Source of the DNA: a virus
IMG/VR virus record: IMGVR_UViG_3300039008_000027
Span: 1 to 46,152 of that record
Reading direction: 5' to 3' (one strand)
Length of the DNA: 46,152 nt
Shown piece by piece: positions 7,046 to 16,388 of this stretch. How positions within the stretch are numbered: position 1 is the stretch's first letter; each line of letters starts with the position of its first letter. A program made the position numbers and the translations under genes. Below the pieces are notes generated by a model. The model saw only the letters and a program-made list of their open reading frames with translations. It searched no databases and was not told where the DNA came from.

Positions 7046-8535
7046 GTGAACTTAGTTTAAAAGAGATTATTAGTCTGGGAGCTGAAGACTTATTGTTTTT
7101 TGGTAGAGTGTTTTTTCCAAAGACTTTTAAGAAAGCGAGTCCGGAGTTTCACGAGGAGATTGCGGAGCTGATTGACGGCCCTGATAACGGACAGGCTGCA
7201 GTATTCAGGGGCGGCGCAAAGACTACGGTAACAAGGGTTGCGTGCGCTAAGAAAGCTAGTTACGGAGAGACGAATGTAACTCTGGTAGTGGGTAAGGGTC
7301 AAGACCATGCGATTAAAACTATCCGCTGGATTCAGAATCAGGTAGAGAATAATAAGAAGTGGGCTGATACTTTCCAGATTACTAAGGCGGTTAATGTCGA
7401 TACTGGTCGCCCGAAGAAATGGACGGATGAATGGATTACTATTCATAACGGAGTGCTGGGTAAGGATATACACTTTATAGCCTACGGGATTACGGGTCAG
7501 ATAAGGGGTATGAACATTGATGACTCGAGACCAGACTTTATTATCTGCGATGATATCTTGGATGATGAAAACTGCGCTACCATGGAGCAGAGGGAAAAGA
7601 TTAAGGATAGATTCTGGGGTGCTTTGATGAAGTCGCTCTGTAGGAAAGAAGAAAATCCTATGGCCAAGTGCATCATGCTCCAGACTCCAATTGACGAAGA
7701 AGATTTGTCAATGGATATCAGAAAGCTGGATAGTTGGGTAACAAAAGTTTATAGCTGCTTTAAGGAAGATGGGAACAGTGCTTGGGAAGAACAGTTTAGT
7801 CTAGAGAGTCTGAAGAAAGAGAAAGCTGAATTTGTTCAAATGAATAAGTTGAGTGTTTGGATGCGGGAGATGGAAGTTAAGCCGACAGCGGCGGAGCTAA
7901 AGTTATTCCGGCCTGAATGGTTGCAGACTTATGATATGCTGCCCGAACATCCGATGTTTATTTTGAGTGTTGACCCGACACCGCCGCCAAGCGAGAAGAT
8001 TCAAAGAGACCCGCAGAAACTGGATGATGCGGTAGTAATGATTACAGCTTTCTTTCAGAAGAAGTTTTATGTGGTGGAGTATTATCAGACTAAGAGTCCG
8101 CAAACTACGGAGTTGGTTAGTAAGATATTTGAATTTTTCCTGAAGTATCGTCCGACTTTTGTCGGGGTTGAAACGCACCTTTTTCAAAGAACTGTTAAGA
8201 CGGAAGTGGAAAAGGAGATGGCAATTCGCGGGGTGTTCTTTACGATTGTTCCTGTTGAGGATAAGAGGAATAAGTTTGTAAGGATTAAAGATACCTTGCA
8301 GGGTCTGGCAAGTCAGGGCAGGTTGTTTGCGCTGGCGACGCACATAGAACTGCATAGTCAGTTTAAAGACTACCCTCAGGTAAAACATGATGACTTGTTG
8401 GATGCGCTGAGTATTGCTACAATGTTAATTAATCCGGCATTACTTGCTGCAGGAAATGTTTACGAAGGCGAGTATGAAGTTATAGCGGAAGATGAATCTG
8501 GTTATGAAGCTCTTGAATTTGGAGGATGCCCTTAA
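7042..8535 (+). CDS. terL: Large terminase subunit
   Basis: Deviant Walker A FRGGAKTT, Walker B DFIICDDILDDE, nuclease-domain Asp motifs (ILSVDPT, KHDDLLDAL). Track start is GTG 7033; ATG 7042 is coupled to the upstream stop. Confidence 0.9.
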   Translation: MSELSLKEIISLGAEDLLFFGRVFFPKTFKKASPEFHEEIAELIDGPDNGQAAVFRGGAKTTVTRVACAKKASYGETNVTLVVGKGQDHAIKTIRWIQNQVENNKKWADTFQITKAVNVDTGRPKKWTDEWITIHNGVLGKDIHFIAYGITGQIRGMNIDDSRPDFIICDDILDDENCATMEQREKIKDRFWGALMKSLCRKEENPMAKCIMLQTPIDEEDLSMDIRKLDSWVTKVYSCFKEDGNSAWEEQFSLESLKKEKAEFVQMNKLSVWMREMEVKPTAAELKLFRPEWLQTYDMLPEHPMFILSVDPTPPPSEKIQRDPQKLDDAVVMITAFFQKKFYVVEYYQTKSPQTTELVSKIFEFFLKYRPTFVGVETHLFQRTVKTEVEKEMAIRGVFFTIVPVEDKRNKFVRIKDTLQGLASQGRLFALATHIELHSQFKDYPQVKHDDLLDALSIATMLINPALLAAGNVYEGEYEVIAEDESGYEALEFGGCP

Positions 8536-10502
8536 TGTTGGGAATGAAAATAAAGTATGATGCTACAAGCTCGGGTAAACATTCCCGTATTTTGCAGGCT
8601 ATTTTGGATAGAGTTCGTTTGTCAGAGAGTAACATTAGTACGCACTTTGACAGGTGGCGTGAAGCCGAAAAGTATTACATGCTATATAAGGTTAAGACGG
8701 ACAAAGATAGACAAAGCGTGAAAGCCTTTACGGAAGGCGACACAGACTATACTAGTGTGGTTATGCCTTATAGCTATGCAATGTTGTTAACGGCACATAC
8801 ATACATGGTGAATGTATTCCTGAACCGTCCTAATGTGTTCCAAGTGGACGGGATTAACGGGGATGGTGTAGAGAAGGAAATGGCTCTGGAGGCTATGCTT
8901 CAATACCAGCTAAGACAGGGTGAGATGGAAGTCCCGTTATTTATTTGGTTGCTGGATGCACTGCGTTACGGTATCGGCATTACAGGGAACTACTGGTGCA
9001 ATGAAATTATTCCTCAAAGTTATATTGTGGAAGAAGAGATTATTGTTGACGGTGTTCCTACTGGTAAGACACAGAAAGTTTTGAAGTACAGGACTAAGGA
9101 AGGGTATAAAGGAAACAAGGCATTTAATGTTCTGCCTTATGATTTTCTACCTGACCCGCGAGTTCCTTATAGCAAGCTGCAAGACGGGGAGTTTGTTGGC
9201 CGGAAGTTTAAGATTTCCTGGAACGAACTGGTTCGTCGAGAGAAGGAAGGTGTTTACTTTAACGTAGACCAGTGCCGGAATTTGTTAGGACAGGCTGTTC
9301 GGTCAGAGGACAGACACTCGTCTATGCAAGATAGTCAGGTGATGCCGGGAGTTACTACTAACCCGAAAGGTCTGAAGACTGGTGACGTGAATGCAATTGA
9401 GTTAATTGTTGAACTCGTTCCTGAAGAGTGGGGATTAAGTGAAGGCGTCTATCCAGAGAAATGGGTATTTACAGTTGTTGAGAAAAAGATAATTGTAGGC
9501 TGCCAACCACTGGGCTATTTGCATAATAAGTTCCCTTATCACGTATTGGAAGCTGAAGCAGATGGTTATAAGCAAGAGAGTCGTGGTTTGCTGGAAGTTG
9601 GTAAGCCGATGAATGACATTCTTACTTGGCTGTTTGATACGCACATGTACAACAAGAGACAAGTTATTAATAATCAGTTTGTTGTTGACCCGTCACGGGT
9701 GGTGATGAAAGACCTGCAAAGCAAAAGACCTGGTAAGACTATTCGTTTGAAGCCTACTGCGTATGGGCAGGATGTAAGAAGCTTGATTAGCCAATTGCCT
9801 GTGAGTGATGTGACTATGCAGAACTATAGCGATGGTCAGATTGTTGAGCAGCAGATGCAAAGAACGCTGGGTATTAATGATGATATTTCAGGACGAAGTT
9901 CTCCGACCTCAAGAAGGAGTGCTACGGAGTTCCGAGGTACTACAAGTCAGTCGGCTAATAGACTGGCGAATACCGCGTATTACTTTAGTATCACGGGCTG
10001 GCGGAGTCTTGCAAAGTGTATGATTGGAAGCACTCAGCAAATGTATACAACCGAGATGAAAGTTAAGGTTGCTGGAGACAATATAAAGGGTGCGGAATCA
10101 ATCACCGTGAACCCAGATGACATCGCAGGAAATTTTGACATTACGCCCGTAGATGGTACTATGCCAATAGATAGAATGGCACAAGCCCAGTTTTGGATGC
10201 AAGTGCTACAATTCACTGCGATGGATCCAGAGCTGCAAATGCAGTACCGTCGTTCAGATATCTTTAGCTACATGGCGCGGTTGGCTGGCCTTAAAGGTAT
10301 TGATAAGTTTAAGATGCAAGTAATCGGAGACGATGAGTTGCTTGCAATGCTGAAAGCTCAAATGGTTAACGGAGGTGGTAATGGACAGCAAGCAGGAGCA
10401 ACAGCTGGAGGAGGCGTTGGAAATCAAACGCCAGCAGCAGCAGGAGCTGAAGACCTTGTTGGAGCTTCCGGGCTTCAAGCTCTTCTCCAATCTGGTGGAT
10501 GA
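8526..10502 (+). CDS. Portal protein
   Basis: 658-aa ORF directly after the large terminase, with typical size and position. Start is 8526 or ATG 8535 (9 nt after GGAGG). No motif-level proof. Confidence 0.8.
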   Translation: MPLMLGMKIKYDATSSGKHSRILQAILDRVRLSESNISTHFDRWREAEKYYMLYKVKTDKDRQSVKAFTEGDTDYTSVVMPYSYAMLLTAHTYMVNVFLNRPNVFQVDGINGDGVEKEMALEAMLQYQLRQGEMEVPLFIWLLDALRYGIGITGNYWCNEIIPQSYIVEEEIIVDGVPTGKTQKVLKYRTKEGYKGNKAFNVLPYDFLPDPRVPYSKLQDGEFVGRKFKISWNELVRREKEGVYFNVDQCRNLLGQAVRSEDRHSSMQDSQVMPGVTTNPKGLKTGDVNAIELIVELVPEEWGLSEGVYPEKWVFTVVEKKIIVGCQPLGYLHNKFPYHVLEAEADGYKQESRGLLEVGKPMNDILTWLFDTHMYNKRQVINNQFVVDPSRVVMKDLQSKRPGKTIRLKPTAYGQDVRSLISQLPVSDVTMQNYSDGQIVEQQMQRTLGINDDISGRSSPTSRRSATEFRGTTSQSANRLANTAYYFSITGWRSLAKCMIGSTQQMYTTEMKVKVAGDNIKGAESITVNPDDIAGNFDITPVDGTMPIDRMAQAQFWMQVLQFTAMDPELQMQYRRSDIFSYMARLAGLKGIDKFKMQVIGDDELLAMLKAQMVNGGGNGQQAGATAGGGVGNQTPAAAGAEDLVGASGLQALLQSGG

Positions 10503-10707
10503 GCAACGGAGAAGTCGGGTTAAGGAAATCGTGGGGATGGAGGCAGATAGCCTCGATTCCCTGATAAAACTAGGCAATGCGAAAAAAGAGCTAGCGGGAA
10601 TTCAGTTTGCTGCAGCTCTCCCCCAAATGATGATTGATTCCTTAGAGGATGAAGTCAAAGAGATTTTAGATATTTTGAGAGGTGATGAAGATGAACTGGT
10701 GGATTAA
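10381..10707 (+). CDS. Hypothetical coiled-coil protein (head-assembly module)
   Basis: 108 aa with GGAGG 5 nt upstream of ATG 10381. Charged helical sequence. The first 122 nt overlap the low-complexity portal tail in another frame. Confidence 0.5.
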   Translation: MDSKQEQQLEEALEIKRQQQQELKTLLELPGFKLFSNLVDEQRRSRVKEIVGMEADSLDSLIKLGNAKKELAGIQFAAALPQMMIDSLEDEVKEILDILRGDEDELVD

Positions 10708-11614
10708 ACTACAGCAACGCGGTTTGATGGGAGAACTTAACGAGGGGTCTGACTTGGGCGGTGGTGAAACTCCTGCGGAAGAAACTCCTGTTGAGGAGAT
10801 TGATGAGCAGGATAACTTTTTAAATTCTCTGTTTGCTGACGATGAAGAAGAAGAGTTAGAGCCTGAGCCTGAGCCGGAGAAGAAACCGGAAGAAGAGCCA
10901 GAGCCAGAGAAGAAGCCAGAACCGGAAGAGAAAAAGCCAGAACCAGAACCTGAGCCAGAACCTGAGAAGAAGGTTGAGCCGGAAGAGAAGAAACCTGAGC
11001 CAGAGAAAAAGCCTGAAGAAAAGCCGGAAGAAGAACCGGAGCCAGAACCGGAAGACCTGGAAGAACAGCGTAAGCAGTATTTGGCTAGCGTAGAAAAAGA
11101 CTTTGCAATCTCGGAGGAGGATGCTAATCTTATAATAACACAGCCGGAGAAGATTCTGCCACGCCTAGCCGCAAATATTTATGACAGAGCGATGCGTGAT
11201 ACAGCTGAGATGTTCAGAAACTTCTCCGAGCAAATACCAAATATGCTGCAAGGAATTTCACAACAGCAACGTCAGGCTAGCGAAGCAGAGCAGTCATTCC
11301 TTGCAGCAAACCCAGGTATAGAAGCTATTGATAAGACTGAGCTGGAGGGTCTTATTAGTACGTTTGCTCCGTTAGTTGCACAGCAAAATCCTAACGCGAG
11401 TGCCGAAGATAAATTGAAAGCTTTAGGCCGTACTATTGCAGCGGCTAAAGGTATTTCACTTAAAGAGGTAGCACCGGAAAAAACTCCTCCGAAAGAGGAA
11501 CCGGTAAAACCTCATACGCCAGCTGCTCCAGTTAGTACTGGTGCTCAACCGCAACCTGCTCCAGCTTCTGAAGCGGATGTGTTTATTGATATGTTATTAA
11601 ACGATGATGATTAA
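10691..11614 (+). CDS. Scaffolding protein (putative)
   Basis: Lies between the portal and capsid genes. Long Pro/Glu/Lys low-complexity stretch followed by a helical C-terminal half. Start ambiguous (GTG 10682, ATG 10685/10691/10727). Confidence 0.65.
   Translation: MNWWIKLQQRGLMGELNEGSDLGGGETPAEETPVEEIDEQDNFLNSLFADDEEEELEPEPEPEKKPEEEPEPEKKPEPEEKKPEPEPEPEPEKKVEPEEKKPEPEKKPEEKPEEEPEPEPEDLEEQRKQYLASVEKDFAISEEDANLIITQPEKILPRLAANIYDRAMRDTAEMFRNFSEQIPNMLQGISQQQRQASEAEQSFLAANPGIEAIDKTELEGLISTFAPLVAQQNPNASAEDKLKALGRTIAAAKGISLKEVAPEKTPPKEEPVKPHTPAAPVSTGAQPQPAPASEADVFIDMLLNDDD
10841..11062 (+). repeat. Coding low-complexity repeat (PEPEPEKKPEE-type)
   Basis: Reiterated gagcc(a/t/g)ga(a/g)aagaa(a/g)cc units encoding EPEPEKKPEE repeats within the scaffold ORF. 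Confidence 0.8.
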
Positions 11615-11625
11615 GGAGAATACCT

Positions 11626-12825
11626 ATGGCGACTATTGCAGGTCTGCGTGGTACTGGTGACTGGGGGCCAGATGAACGCCCGAAAAACTTCCGAGAAACG
11701 ATTCTGTTTCTGGAGCCAAATGGTCAAGCACCTCTTCAAGCTCTGTTGAGTAAGATGGGCTCGGAATCGACGGATGACCCAGAGTTTAGCTGGTGGGAAG
11801 AAAAGTTAACTCACAATCGCGTGCAGGTTAACGGTGCTTTGAATGGCGTGGCAACTGCCTTGGTCGTGGATTCTGGTGCGTTGCAGGCAGTTAAAGGCGA
11901 CATGTATATCGTCGAGTCTGCTGGTGGTATGTGGGCTAACGAGATTGTGTTTATTGACGCAGACCCAACCTCGGATACAGCGCTTACTATCAAGCGTGGT
12001 TTTGCAGGTACAACTGCTGCAGCAATTGCTGATAACGCTTATCTGACTAAGATTGGTAATGCGTTTGCAGAAGGTACGTTGTCTCCTAAAGCGACAACTC
12101 GTAACCCGACCAAACTTAAAAACTTCTGCCAAATCTTTAAGACCACTTACGAGATTACAGAGACGGCGAAGGTTACTAAGTCTCGTACCGGCCCGGTTCT
12201 GGAAAAAGATAAAAAGCGTAAGATGTTTGATATCATGCGTGATATGGAGATGGCGTCTATTTACGGTCGTCCTTCTGAAACGCTTGGTGAAAACAAAAAA
12301 CCTCTGCGTACTACCGCGGGTCTGTTGAACTTCATCACTACGCACAGAACTAACTTTGGTTCAGGCGGTGGTAAAGTTGCGTGGAATGAAGATAACCTGA
12401 TTGACTTCTTCTCGCAGGTGTTTGACTACGACGGTATGGGTGCGGGTAACCAGCGTCTTGCTTTCGTTGGTAACACAGGCCTTACGGCAATTAACAAGTT
12501 GGCTCGTAACTCGAACTCAACTCGTATCAACTTTGAAAAACAAGTTGCTGTTGTTTATGGTATGAACTTTACTAAGTGGGTTCTGCCGCAGGGCGAGATT
12601 TACTTCAAGACTCACCCACTGTTTAACATCCATCCTGAGTTGAGCAAAGCAATGATGGTCATTAACCCGAAAGGTATTAAAGAGCGTCCGTTGCGTAAAC
12701 TGAAGTTCAAAGATAATGTGCAGGCGCCTGATGCTGACTACCAAAAAGGTCAGTGGATTGCGGAAACTGGTTTCGAAGTTAACCACGAAGAAACCATGGC
12801 ATTTGCAGGAAACCTGGGGGGCTAA
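11626..12825 (+). CDS. Major capsid protein
   Basis: 399 aa with an AAGGAG RBS. Follows the scaffold gene and is followed by the strongest intrinsic terminator in the window. N-terminus is GLRGTGDWGPDERPKNFRETILF. Confidence 0.85.
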   Translation: MATIAGLRGTGDWGPDERPKNFRETILFLEPNGQAPLQALLSKMGSESTDDPEFSWWEEKLTHNRVQVNGALNGVATALVVDSGALQAVKGDMYIVESAGGMWANEIVFIDADPTSDTALTIKRGFAGTTAAAIADNAYLTKIGNAFAEGTLSPKATTRNPTKLKNFCQIFKTTYEITETAKVTKSRTGPVLEKDKKRKMFDIMRDMEMASIYGRPSETLGENKKPLRTTAGLLNFITTHRTNFGSGGGKVAWNEDNLIDFFSQVFDYDGMGAGNQRLAFVGNTGLTAINKLARNSNSTRINFEKQVAVVYGMNFTKWVLPQGEIYFKTHPLFNIHPELSKAMMVINPKGIKERPLRKLKFKDNVQAPDADYQKGQWIAETGFEVNHEETMAFAGNLGG

Positions 12826-12845
12826 GATAACTTGGCCTGGTGATT

Positions 12846-12876
12846 GGGAGGGGGTTCGCCTCCTCCCTTTTTTTTT
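12846..12876 (+). terminator. Intrinsic terminator after the capsid gene
   Basis: gggagggg-ttcg-cc(t)cctccc hairpin followed by a T9 run. Confidence 0.8.
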
Positions 12877-12890
12877 CTCGGAGAAAAGAT

Positions 12891-13184
12891 ATGAGTAAGT
12901 TTACGTACAGCCCAATAGACCACGGCGGTTCTTGCGCGTCTCCTCGAGACGGTGATGAGAAGGAATATCCTTCAGTTCATTTGGATATCGGCCCTGAGCA
13001 ATTGAAGGGCTTGGATGCTGGTCAGGATGTAGAGATTACAATTCGCGGTAAGCTAAAAAGTTTACGTTATGACACGGACGATAACTGGGGTACAGGTGCT
13101 TCAGTCAGTGTTTCTCTAAGAAGCTGTGAAGTCAAGGACTCGGAAGAACAATCTGTTATTGATTCCATGCTCGAAGAGGATTGA
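12891..13184 (+). CDS. Hypothetical head-associated protein
   Basis: 97 aa with a GGAGAAAAG RBS (track ORF starts at 12840, inside the terminator). Acidic C-terminus. Confidence 0.6.
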   Translation: MSKFTYSPIDHGGSCASPRDGDEKEYPSVHLDIGPEQLKGLDAGQDVEITIRGKLKSLRYDTDDNWGTGASVSVSLRSCEVKDSEEQSVIDSMLEED

Positions 13185-13185
13185 T

Positions 13186-13515
13186 ATGAACAGAGCTGAG
13201 TGGGAACTTTTGAGAAAGTTCGACAGAAAACTTTCCTATGTGGCTAAGGTATGTTCCGAAGTTGAAAACAACTCAGAGAGTATCAAGGCGCTTCGTTGTG
13301 AGATTGACGAAATGAAGGATGTTGTTACGGAGTTTCGCAAGATTCTTTTCATACGGAAGCAGGTTAGGAAGGTTTTGTTTTGGGTTCTTACTATCACATT
13401 GTCGGCAGGGATTACAACTTTTGTAACAGAAAGAACTAGTTTATACCTTCCCGCTCGTGAAGAAGGTTTGATAATTCCTTCTAAGGTGGATACAACAAAT
13501 GGCAGCTTGGGATGA
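13186..13515 (+). CDS. Hypothetical protein with a C-terminal transmembrane helix
   Basis: 109 aa. ATG lies 1 nt after the upstream stop. Coiled-coil N-terminal half and a TM segment VLFWVLTITLSAGITTFV. Confidence 0.6.
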   Translation: MNRAEWELLRKFDRKLSYVAKVCSEVENNSESIKALRCEIDEMKDVVTEFRKILFIRKQVRKVLFWVLTITLSAGITTFVTERTSLYLPAREEGLIIPSKVDTTNGSLG

Positions 13516-14326
13516 TAACACAGCTATATGGGATAATGCTTTTGGTATCTGGGATGCGACCGTATACCGGAATTCCGTAGACTTAGGAAGTCGTGTAAGA
13601 ATCTCTTCTCAAGCGGGTAATGTAATACCCCTCTCAACTTCCTTCCGTCAACGAACTTCCGTTGCTGCTTTGCATACAGCAGCTTTCCAGAGTTCGGCAT
13701 CCTTCCGACAGAAAGCTTCACTAAAAACTCTGCATAAATTAGAGTATGATTTTAAAGCTTTCTTTAATAACATCTCTTCTTTACAGGAAACTGTTAAGAC
13801 AATCGCACAAAACTCTGTTACGTTAGCACAAGCAGCTAAGGTTTCTCCGGTAGGAAATTTCTCAGCGGAAGTTTCAGCTACTATGGGAAGTGTCGGGGAC
13901 TTCACTTCTGTTGGGATAACTTCTATAGAAAAGTCTGTTACTTTTTCAGGACTTTCTAATCTTTCAGCTTCTTTTAAATGGATGTATGAAGCTGATTTAG
14001 TTTTTGATTTCTTCGCGGAAATTGATTACGAAACAGAGAATCTTCGTTACAATACTGTGGTGTTTAGTGCTCATGCAGGGATTGAACAACCCGATAGAAC
14101 TCTCGCAATGTCGGCTGATGTTACGATAGGAACGACTGCGAAGATAGCGGCTGATAATGTTTTTACAATGCGTGAGTTGGTTGAGTTCTCCGGCGAAGCA
14201 GACTATACTATTTATACTGCCTCTTGGGGACGTGAGCCCGAACTCAAAGGAGACTGGGTTCCTGAAAGCACAGTAGCGGGAAATTGGACACCGGAGAATT
14301 CTATCTCTGGTACGTGGAAAAAATAG
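13499..14326 (+). CDS. Hypothetical virion protein with internal repeats
   Basis: 275 aa with an AAGGTGGA RBS. Trp-rich repeats at both ends and tandem SFRQ[RK].S...LH repeats. Confidence 0.7.
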   Translation: MAAWDDNTAIWDNAFGIWDATVYRNSVDLGSRVRISSQAGNVIPLSTSFRQRTSVAALHTAAFQSSASFRQKASLKTLHKLEYDFKAFFNNISSLQETVKTIAQNSVTLAQAAKVSPVGNFSAEVSATMGSVGDFTSVGITSIEKSVTFSGLSNLSASFKWMYEADLVFDFFAEIDYETENLRYNTVVFSAHAGIEQPDRTLAMSADVTIGTTAKIAADNVFTMRELVEFSGEADYTIYTASWGREPELKGDWVPESTVAGNWTPENSISGTWKK

Positions 14327-14335
14327 GAGATTGAT

Positions 14336-14821
14336 ATGCAATCTATGGTAAGTCAGGCGGTAAACTTTTATCAAATAGAGTGTTTCCGTGACGGCAAAAA
14401 AATCTGGGAAGAGAATATTAAGAACCGTGTAGTTAATCAAGGACTTAACGATATCCTAGATAAGTACTTTAAAGGGGCTAGTTATTCGGCAGGTCACTTT
14501 ATGGGCTTGAAAGGTTCTGGTGTTGTAGCAGCTGGACACACTTTAGCTAGTCATTCAGGCTGGTCAGAAGTTACAGCTTACTCAGGTAACAGACAGCGTA
14601 TCCAGTTAGGTTCTGTTTCAGGACAGGCTGTTGATAACTCTGCCAATAAGTGTACTTTCCAAATTAACGGTACTGCAACTGTCGCTGGTATTTTGGTAGC
14701 TACGATTGCCAGTGGTACGAATGGTGTATTGTTTGGTGCAGCCGACTTCCCGTCAGAGCGTAATGTGTTGTCGGGCGATACACTGATTGTTACTGTAACC
14801 TTTACTCAGCAGAGTGCTTAA
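14336..14821 (+). CDS. Hypothetical virion protein
   Basis: 161 aa with a GGAG RBS, inside the structural operon. No motif recognised. Confidence 0.7.
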   Translation: MQSMVSQAVNFYQIECFRDGKKIWEENIKNRVVNQGLNDILDKYFKGASYSAGHFMGLKGSGVVAAGHTLASHSGWSEVTAYSGNRQRIQLGSVSGQAVDNSANKCTFQINGTATVAGILVATIASGTNGVLFGAADFPSERNVLSGDTLIVTVTFTQQSA

Positions 14822-14823
14822 TT

Positions 14824-15441
14824 ATGACTAAAGACCAAGTAGTTAAAATGATAGCTTTCAGACTCGGCAATGTTCGAGGAATGGATACTATCATTGAAAC
14901 TGAAATTGAGTCTACCATCAACCGGCTGGAGAATGAATCTTTCCAGCCTTGGTTCTTGTTATCGGAAAATAACGAGTTCCAAATGACGGTAGGCGAAGGT
15001 AGAGTTCCAGTTCCACGGGGTTTTCTTGCAGAGTATGATGACAGTGCTCTGTATGTTAAGACCGACAGCGGGAGCTACGACCCTTTAACTAAACTGAGTG
15101 CTGAGGAGGTTCGTCTTAAATACCAGAACCAACAAGGAGCTCCCGAAGGTTATGCGCTGACGAATAAATACTTCCGTGTTTATCCAGCGCCTGATAAAGA
15201 ATACCTTCTGGAACTTTTGTTCTATCGTCGTTCAGGAACTATTGAAGGCGATAACAATCCTTGGCTTGAAGAAGCTGCAGACCTTATCGTTTACGAGACA
15301 GCTTCGCATATTTTGATGGCTCGTAAAGATAAGCGTTACGTTCAGATGGAGCAACTGGCGCAGGAACAAAAAGTTCTGTTAATGCAGCGTCACGTGGCTC
15401 GTGAAGAGGCTAATCGTGAAGTAGTTATGGGAGGTGACTAA
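14824..15441 (+). CDS. Hypothetical virion protein, possible head-tail adaptor
   Basis: 205 aa. Size and position fit an adaptor. Function is inferred from order only. Confidence 0.65.
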   Translation: MTKDQVVKMIAFRLGNVRGMDTIIETEIESTINRLENESFQPWFLLSENNEFQMTVGEGRVPVPRGFLAEYDDSALYVKTDSGSYDPLTKLSAEEVRLKYQNQQGAPEGYALTNKYFRVYPAPDKEYLLELLFYRRSGTIEGDNNPWLEEAADLIVYETASHILMARKDKRYVQMEQLAQEQKVLLMQRHVAREEANREVVMGGD

Positions 15442-16103
15442 TGCCTTTAGAAACTGAAAAATCGACTATGACTCCGGATGATTTGAATGCTAACTGGCCT
15501 ACAGGGCAGGATGGTATCAAGTTCGGAGATAACCATATTCGTATCGTTAAGATTGCTGTGAAGAATTTCTATACAGCCTATGGCACTAAAATGCAGGCTA
15601 TTGACAAGAAATTCTCAGACCTCTTCGACGGGACGAAAGCGAAAGTTGCTAAGTTAGCAGACTCTGCTGAAGATGCCAAAAAGTTGGGAGGTACTCTTGC
15701 AAGTCAGTTTGCAAAGATTTCTGGGACATATGCTAACTTACGGGCGCAGGCAACTACAAAGGCTGACGTCGGCCTCGGCAGCGTACCTAACTATGGTATA
15801 ACCAGCAGTACTGATACTAATAACGGGAGTCTTTTTGCATCTGCAGCAGCTGTGTATGCAGCAGCTCGTCGAGGGCCGGGGGCTTCCACGGGCTGGAATA
15901 CCGTTGGTTCTTATGCTTTCGCGAAGTCTACTCGCTACGGTACCAGAGCGAATACCACTATAGCAGGTCGTGAGTTACGGGCTTCTGGGGTAAACCCTAG
16001 TGTAGGTGCGGTAGCTCAAGGAGCAACTTTATCAGGAACTTGGCGTTGTATGGGTAATGCACCTAGCAGAGATTATGCTTCTTTGTTTGTACGTATTTCT
16101 TAA
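15441..16103 (+). CDS. Tail fibre / tail-attachment protein (putative)
   Basis: 220 aa. N-terminus DLNANWPTGQDGIKFGDNHIRIVKIAVKNF resembles conserved tail-fibre N-termini. 1-nt overlap with the upstream gene. Confidence 0.6.
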   Translation: MPLETEKSTMTPDDLNANWPTGQDGIKFGDNHIRIVKIAVKNFYTAYGTKMQAIDKKFSDLFDGTKAKVAKLADSAEDAKKLGGTLASQFAKISGTYANLRAQATTKADVGLGSVPNYGITSSTDTNNGSLFASAAAVYAAARRGPGASTGWNTVGSYAFAKSTRYGTRANTTIAGRELRASGVNPSVGAVAQGATLSGTWRCMGNAPSRDYASLFVRIS

Positions 16104-16115
16104 CAGGATTTAATT

Positions 16116-16388
16116 ATGAAACTTCAACAACCTAAAACTTATAACGTAGACCGCTCTAACAAACTAACTCTTACTAATATCTCAGATATGCAGTATGCAG
16201 AAGAAGATAAATCCTCTGTGAATTGTACAGTGGTGTTTAAGGAGTTTCCGTTAGAACCTATGCCGTTCACTGCTGATAAGTATGATTCTATGGCTCATGG
16301 CAGAGAAATTTATAATGATATCGTCTCTGGTGAGTTCGGAGAAGTTGCGGACTATGTTCCTCCTAAGGATGAAGAAGGGGAAGTGTAA
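16116..16388 (+). CDS. Tail-fibre assembly / chaperone-like protein (putative)
   Basis: 90 aa. FTADKYDSMAHGREIYNDIVSGEFGEVADYVPP resembles the conserved core of tail-fibre assembly proteins (from memory). Confidence 0.5.
   Translation: MKLQQPKTYNVDRSNKLTLTNISDMQYAEEDKSSVNCTVVFKEFPLEPMPFTADKYDSMAHGREIYNDIVSGEFGEVADYVPPKDEEGEV

Noticed and set aside
10841-11062. Tandem DNA repeat as a VNTR, mobile element or CRISPR-like feature
   Set aside because: It is in-frame coding low complexity (EPEPEKKPEE) inside the scaffold ORF. The units are imperfect and of variable length.
11806-12345. 179-aa minus-strand ORF inside the major capsid gene
   Set aside because: It is antisense to a strongly supported, highly expressed gene. 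It is Arg/Cys/Thr-rich with no RBS.
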